From an uncultured Burkholderiales bacterium (lineage in GTDB: Bacteria > Bacteroidota > Bacteroidia > UBA8524): a stretch of DNA of 64,000 nt. The notes under the pieces were generated by a model. It made no database searches. It saw nothing but the letters and a program-made list of their open reading frames with translations, and was not told the origin of the DNA. The stretch lies in NCBI GenBank assembly GCA_964584305.1, contig CAZOZL010000012.1:2873-66872 (forward strand), in the 5' to 3' direction. Positions 61,095 through 64,000 of the stretch are shown here, one piece after another. Each line of letters starts with the position of its first letter. The first letter of the stretch is position 1. The position numbers were made by a program, and so were the translations under genes.

Positions 61095-61170
61095 TTAGCA
61101 CTCTATAACTCCACCCACTAAATATTTCCTACCTGTGCCATTCAGGCGGGCTTCACTCAATATTTTTAAC
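61095..61170. repeat. related repeat, copy F (CTATAACT plus CAGGCGGGCTTCA motif)
   Basis: GTGCCATTCAGGCGGGCTTCACTCAATATTTTT. Confidence 0.5.
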
Positions 61171-61206
61171 TGCTAAACCATTTACATATATCCGTTTGCA
61201 ATAACG

Positions 61207-62025
61207 GTGTGTGTTGAAATCAGTAAATCAAAAAAAATACTGCTTCTTTGTACTCCCGTTTTGAAACATTTTAAGCCATATTACCTACTACTGCTGCCCG
61301 TACTTGTATGGGCTTGCAAGTCCACTGGTTATAACATCAGTAATACAAAAACCAATAACATACAAATTACCAGTACCAATAGCGTTTATACCGCAGATAG
61401 TAGCATAATAAAACTAATAGCACCTTATAAAAGCCGCCTCGATTCGCAAATGAATGTGGTGGTGGGACATACGAAGGTAGATTTAATTAGAAACCGCCCC
61501 AATGGTAATTTAAACAATTTTATAGCCGATATTATTCGTACTGAAACCTCTAAAAAAACAGGTATTGATATAGACTTTGCTTTTACCAATATATCGGGCT
61601 TGCGTATTCCATTTATAGCCAAAGGAGATATTGCAACTGGTAAACTGTTTGAATTATTACCTTTTGATAATATGATTGTTGCTGCAAAAATTAAAGGTGC
61701 AACCTTAAAGCAAGTAATAGAAAAAATTGCCTCGAAAGGAGGAGAAGCTATTTCTGGGTTTAAAATAGTTATCTCTGCCGATAAAAAATTGATAAGTGCT
61801 AACTATAAAAATATTCCTATTGATTTTAGCAGAGATTATACCATAGCCACCAACGATTTTTTATTTAATGGTGGTGATGACTATACCATATTTGGCAAAA
61901 ACGTGCTAAAAGTATATCCCGTAGCTATACCCATACGAGATATGGTGATAAACCATATAAAAAAACTAACAGCCACTAATGTACCTATAAACCCAAAAGC
62001 CGATGAGCGAGTTACAGTACAATAG
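61207..62025 (+). CDS. 5'-nucleotidase C-terminal (substrate-binding) domain protein
   Basis: 5_nucleotid_C-like FAFTNISGLR...LPFDN. Confidence 0.65.
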   Translation: MCVEISKSKKILLLCTPVLKHFKPYYLLLLPVLVWACKSTGYNISNTKTNNIQITSTNSVYTADSSIIKLIAPYKSRLDSQMNVVVGHTKVDLIRNRPNGNLNNFIADIIRTETSKKTGIDIDFAFTNISGLRIPFIAKGDIATGKLFELLPFDNMIVAAKIKGATLKQVIEKIASKGGEAISGFKIVISADKKLISANYKNIPIDFSRDYTIATNDFLFNGGDDYTIFGKNVLKVYPVAIPIRDMVINHIKKLTATNVPINPKADERVTVQ

Positions 62026-62947
62026 AAAAGAATTTTTAAAAAACACCTTTGGCGCAAGTATGGCATTAGCATTAAGCCAGTTTCCACTATCTGCCATAGC
62101 ACAAGCCGAAGGAGTAGAAACCTTTACCCTGTTACATACTAATGACTGGCATAGCCGCATTGAACCCTTTGCAAACGATGGCGGAAAATATGCAGGTTTA
62201 GGCGGTGCAGCCTATCGTGCGCAGCTTATTAAAAAAATACGTAGCGAGGTGAGCAATGTGATTTTGGTGGATAGTGGCGATATGTTTCAGGGTACGCCCT
62301 ACTTTAATTTTTATGGTGGCGAGTTAGAATTTAAACTAATGAGTGAAATGGGATACGATTGTGCTACTTTAGGTAATCATGATTTTGACGGAGGGTTAAA
62401 TGGACTAAAAAAACAGCTTCCCCATGCCAAATTCGACATTTTAAACGCCAATTACGATTTCACTAAAACAGAATTGAACGACACTTTCCCACATTATAAA
62501 ATTATAAAAAGGGGAAAACTTAAAATTGGAATCACGGCAGTGGGAATTGATTTACAAGGACTTGTTCCCTCTGATTTATGGAAAGGGTTGAAGTACACAG
62601 ACCCTATTGCAGCAGCTAATAAAAATGCTCGATTTTTAAAGTACGAAAAAGGATGCGATGTTGTAATATTGCTCTCCCATTTGGGTTACAAGTATGGTAC
62701 TAAAAAAGTATCGGATATAGTGCTTGCCCAAAGGTCAGAAAATATTGATATAGTGTTAGGTGGTCATACTCATACTTTTATGGAAAAACCGCTAAAAATC
62801 AATAATTTAAGTGCGAAAAGTGTAATAATAAATCAAGTTGGATGGGGAGGTATGATGCTGGGGAGAATTGATTTTACTATGGTTTCAGGCAGGGTCGTCG
62901 CAAACCCGCAAAGCACTATGTTAAAAATTTCCACAAAGTCAACTTAA
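62003..62947 (+). CDS. calcineurin-like metallophosphatase (5'-nucleotidase N-terminal domain) with Tat signal
   Basis: RKEFLK Tat motif; LHTNDWHS, GDMFQG and GNHDFD metallophosphatase motifs. Confidence 0.75.
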   Translation: MSELQYNRKEFLKNTFGASMALALSQFPLSAIAQAEGVETFTLLHTNDWHSRIEPFANDGGKYAGLGGAAYRAQLIKKIRSEVSNVILVDSGDMFQGTPYFNFYGGELEFKLMSEMGYDCATLGNHDFDGGLNGLKKQLPHAKFDILNANYDFTKTELNDTFPHYKIIKRGKLKIGITAVGIDLQGLVPSDLWKGLKYTDPIAAANKNARFLKYEKGCDVVILLSHLGYKYGTKKVSDIVLAQRSENIDIVLGGHTHTFMEKPLKINNLSAKSVIINQVGWGGMMLGRIDFTMVSGRVVANPQSTMLKISTKST

Positions 62948-63023
62948 ATAAATTTTTTTGTTAACTTTTTTTAAGACAATTTTACCACCCCTTACCCTAA
63001 AATAGAAGATGGAGAAAGAGCCA

Positions 63024-64000
63024 ATGACTGAAAAAACTGCCGAATCTGTATGGAATAGTTGCCTTAAAATCATTAAGGACAACGTTCCCCCGCAAAGTTA
63101 CAAGACATGGTTTGTCCCCATTAAGCCCATTAAATTAGACAATAAGGTTTTAACAATACAGGTACCCAGTCAGTTTTTTTATGAATGGTTAGAAGAGCAT
63201 TATGTTACATTGTTACGCAAAACACTAAAACAAGAATTAGGGGCAGGTTCACGACTTGAGTATAATATTATAGTAGAGAATACGGGCAATAGCCCTTATA
63301 CTATAAATGTGCCCACCAGTAATGCTGCTAAAATAGAACCTAACGAGGTAGGAATGCCTTTAAATTTAAGTACAAACATTAAAAATCCATTCGTTATTCC
63401 AGGGTTAAGAAAAGTAAATATAGACTCGCAGCTAAACCCTAACTATACTTTCGAGAATTTTATAGAAGGTGATTGTAATCGTTTGGCACGTAGTGCTGGC
63501 TTTGCAGTAGCCAATAAACCTGGCGGAACGGCTTTTAATCCGCTTATGTTGTTTGGGGGAGTTGGTTTAGGCAAAACCCACTTGCTACACGCCATAGGAA
63601 ATCATATTAAACAAATGAACAAGAATAAGTTTGTACTATATGTATCCACTGAAAAGTTCATTAATCAGTTTATCGATTCTGTAAAAAACAACAACAACAG
63701 CGATTTTATCCATTTCTATCAATACCTTGATGTATTAATTTTGGATGATGTGCAGTTTTTTGCTCGTAAAGAGAAAACACAAGAAATTTTCTTCCAAATA
63801 TTTAATCACCTGCACCAAAGTGGTAAACAAATAATACTAAGCTCTGACCGTCCTCCGAAAGATTTGAAAGATATGGACGAGCGTTTGCTTTCTCGTTTTA
63901 AATGGGGTTTGAGTGCTGATTTACAAATACCTGATTTTGAAACTCGTATAGCAATATTAGAGCATAAAATGTATGGCGACGGTATAACACTAAGCAATGA
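63024..64000 (+). CDS. dnaA: chromosomal replication initiator DnaA; 3' end lies outside the window
   Basis: N-terminal WNSCLKIIKDNVPPQSYKTWF plus AAA+ Walker A GGVGLGKTHLL. Confidence 0.9.
   Translation, partial: MTEKTAESVWNSCLKIIKDNVPPQSYKTWFVPIKPIKLDNKVLTIQVPSQFFYEWLEEHYVTLLRKTLKQELGAGSRLEYNIIVENTGNSPYTINVPTSNAAKIEPNEVGMPLNLSTNIKNPFVIPGLRKVNIDSQLNPNYTFENFIEGDCNRLARSAGFAVANKPGGTAFNPLMLFGGVGLGKTHLLHAIGNHIKQMNKNKFVLYVSTEKFINQFIDSVKNNNNSDFIHFYQYLDVLILDDVQFFARKEKTQEIFFQIFNHLHQSGKQIILSSDRPPKDLKDMDERLLSRFKWGLSADLQIPDFETRIAILEHKMYGDGITLSN

Noticed and set aside
1-64000. CRISPR arrays, rRNA, IS elements, retrons, DGRs
   Set aside because: No regularly spaced direct repeats, no RT, transposase or integrase-like ORFs, and no rRNA signatures were observed.

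Overview
This is an AT-rich chromosomal window that reads as Bacteroidota, judged from T9SS C-terminal sorting domains, a CarbopepD-type TonB-dependent receptor, a Crp/Fnr remnant of the GCLRxYxID type and TAnnTTTG -7 promoter motifs. It is a core housekeeping region with about 60 protein genes, one tRNA-Lys(UUU), and a partial dnaA at the right edge. The genes are sucB (3' end), purN, prfB, a multi-PAS histidine kinase with a divergent Hpt protein, rmuC, capA, a DUF1800/DUF1501 pair, a 7TM-DISM kinase, a TonB-dependent receptor, cytochrome c peroxidase, a sirtuin, argS, lpxK, serA-serC, pyrR-pyrB, pnuC, an H+-pyrophosphatase, DPP-IV, efp, comEC, tdk and a split 5'-nucleotidase. I saw no CRISPR array, rRNA, transposase, integrase, reverse transcriptase or recognisable defence island. 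The features worth a second look are: (1) a dispersed family of structured intergenic repeats, at least six copies built from shared hairpin modules with compensatory base changes, mostly between convergent genes and once inside the long pyrR leader; (2) an H+-PPase carrying a roughly 114-aa Cys/His-rich C-terminal extension; (3) a DUF1501 protein that combines a twin-arginine signal with a T9SS C-terminal sorting domain; (4) the canonical prfB +1 programmed frameshift site; (5) a decayed Crp/Fnr pseudogene in a 520-bp gap; (6) several small direct or tandem repeats at gene boundaries. All calls rest on reading the sequence and recalling family motifs; no database search was possible.
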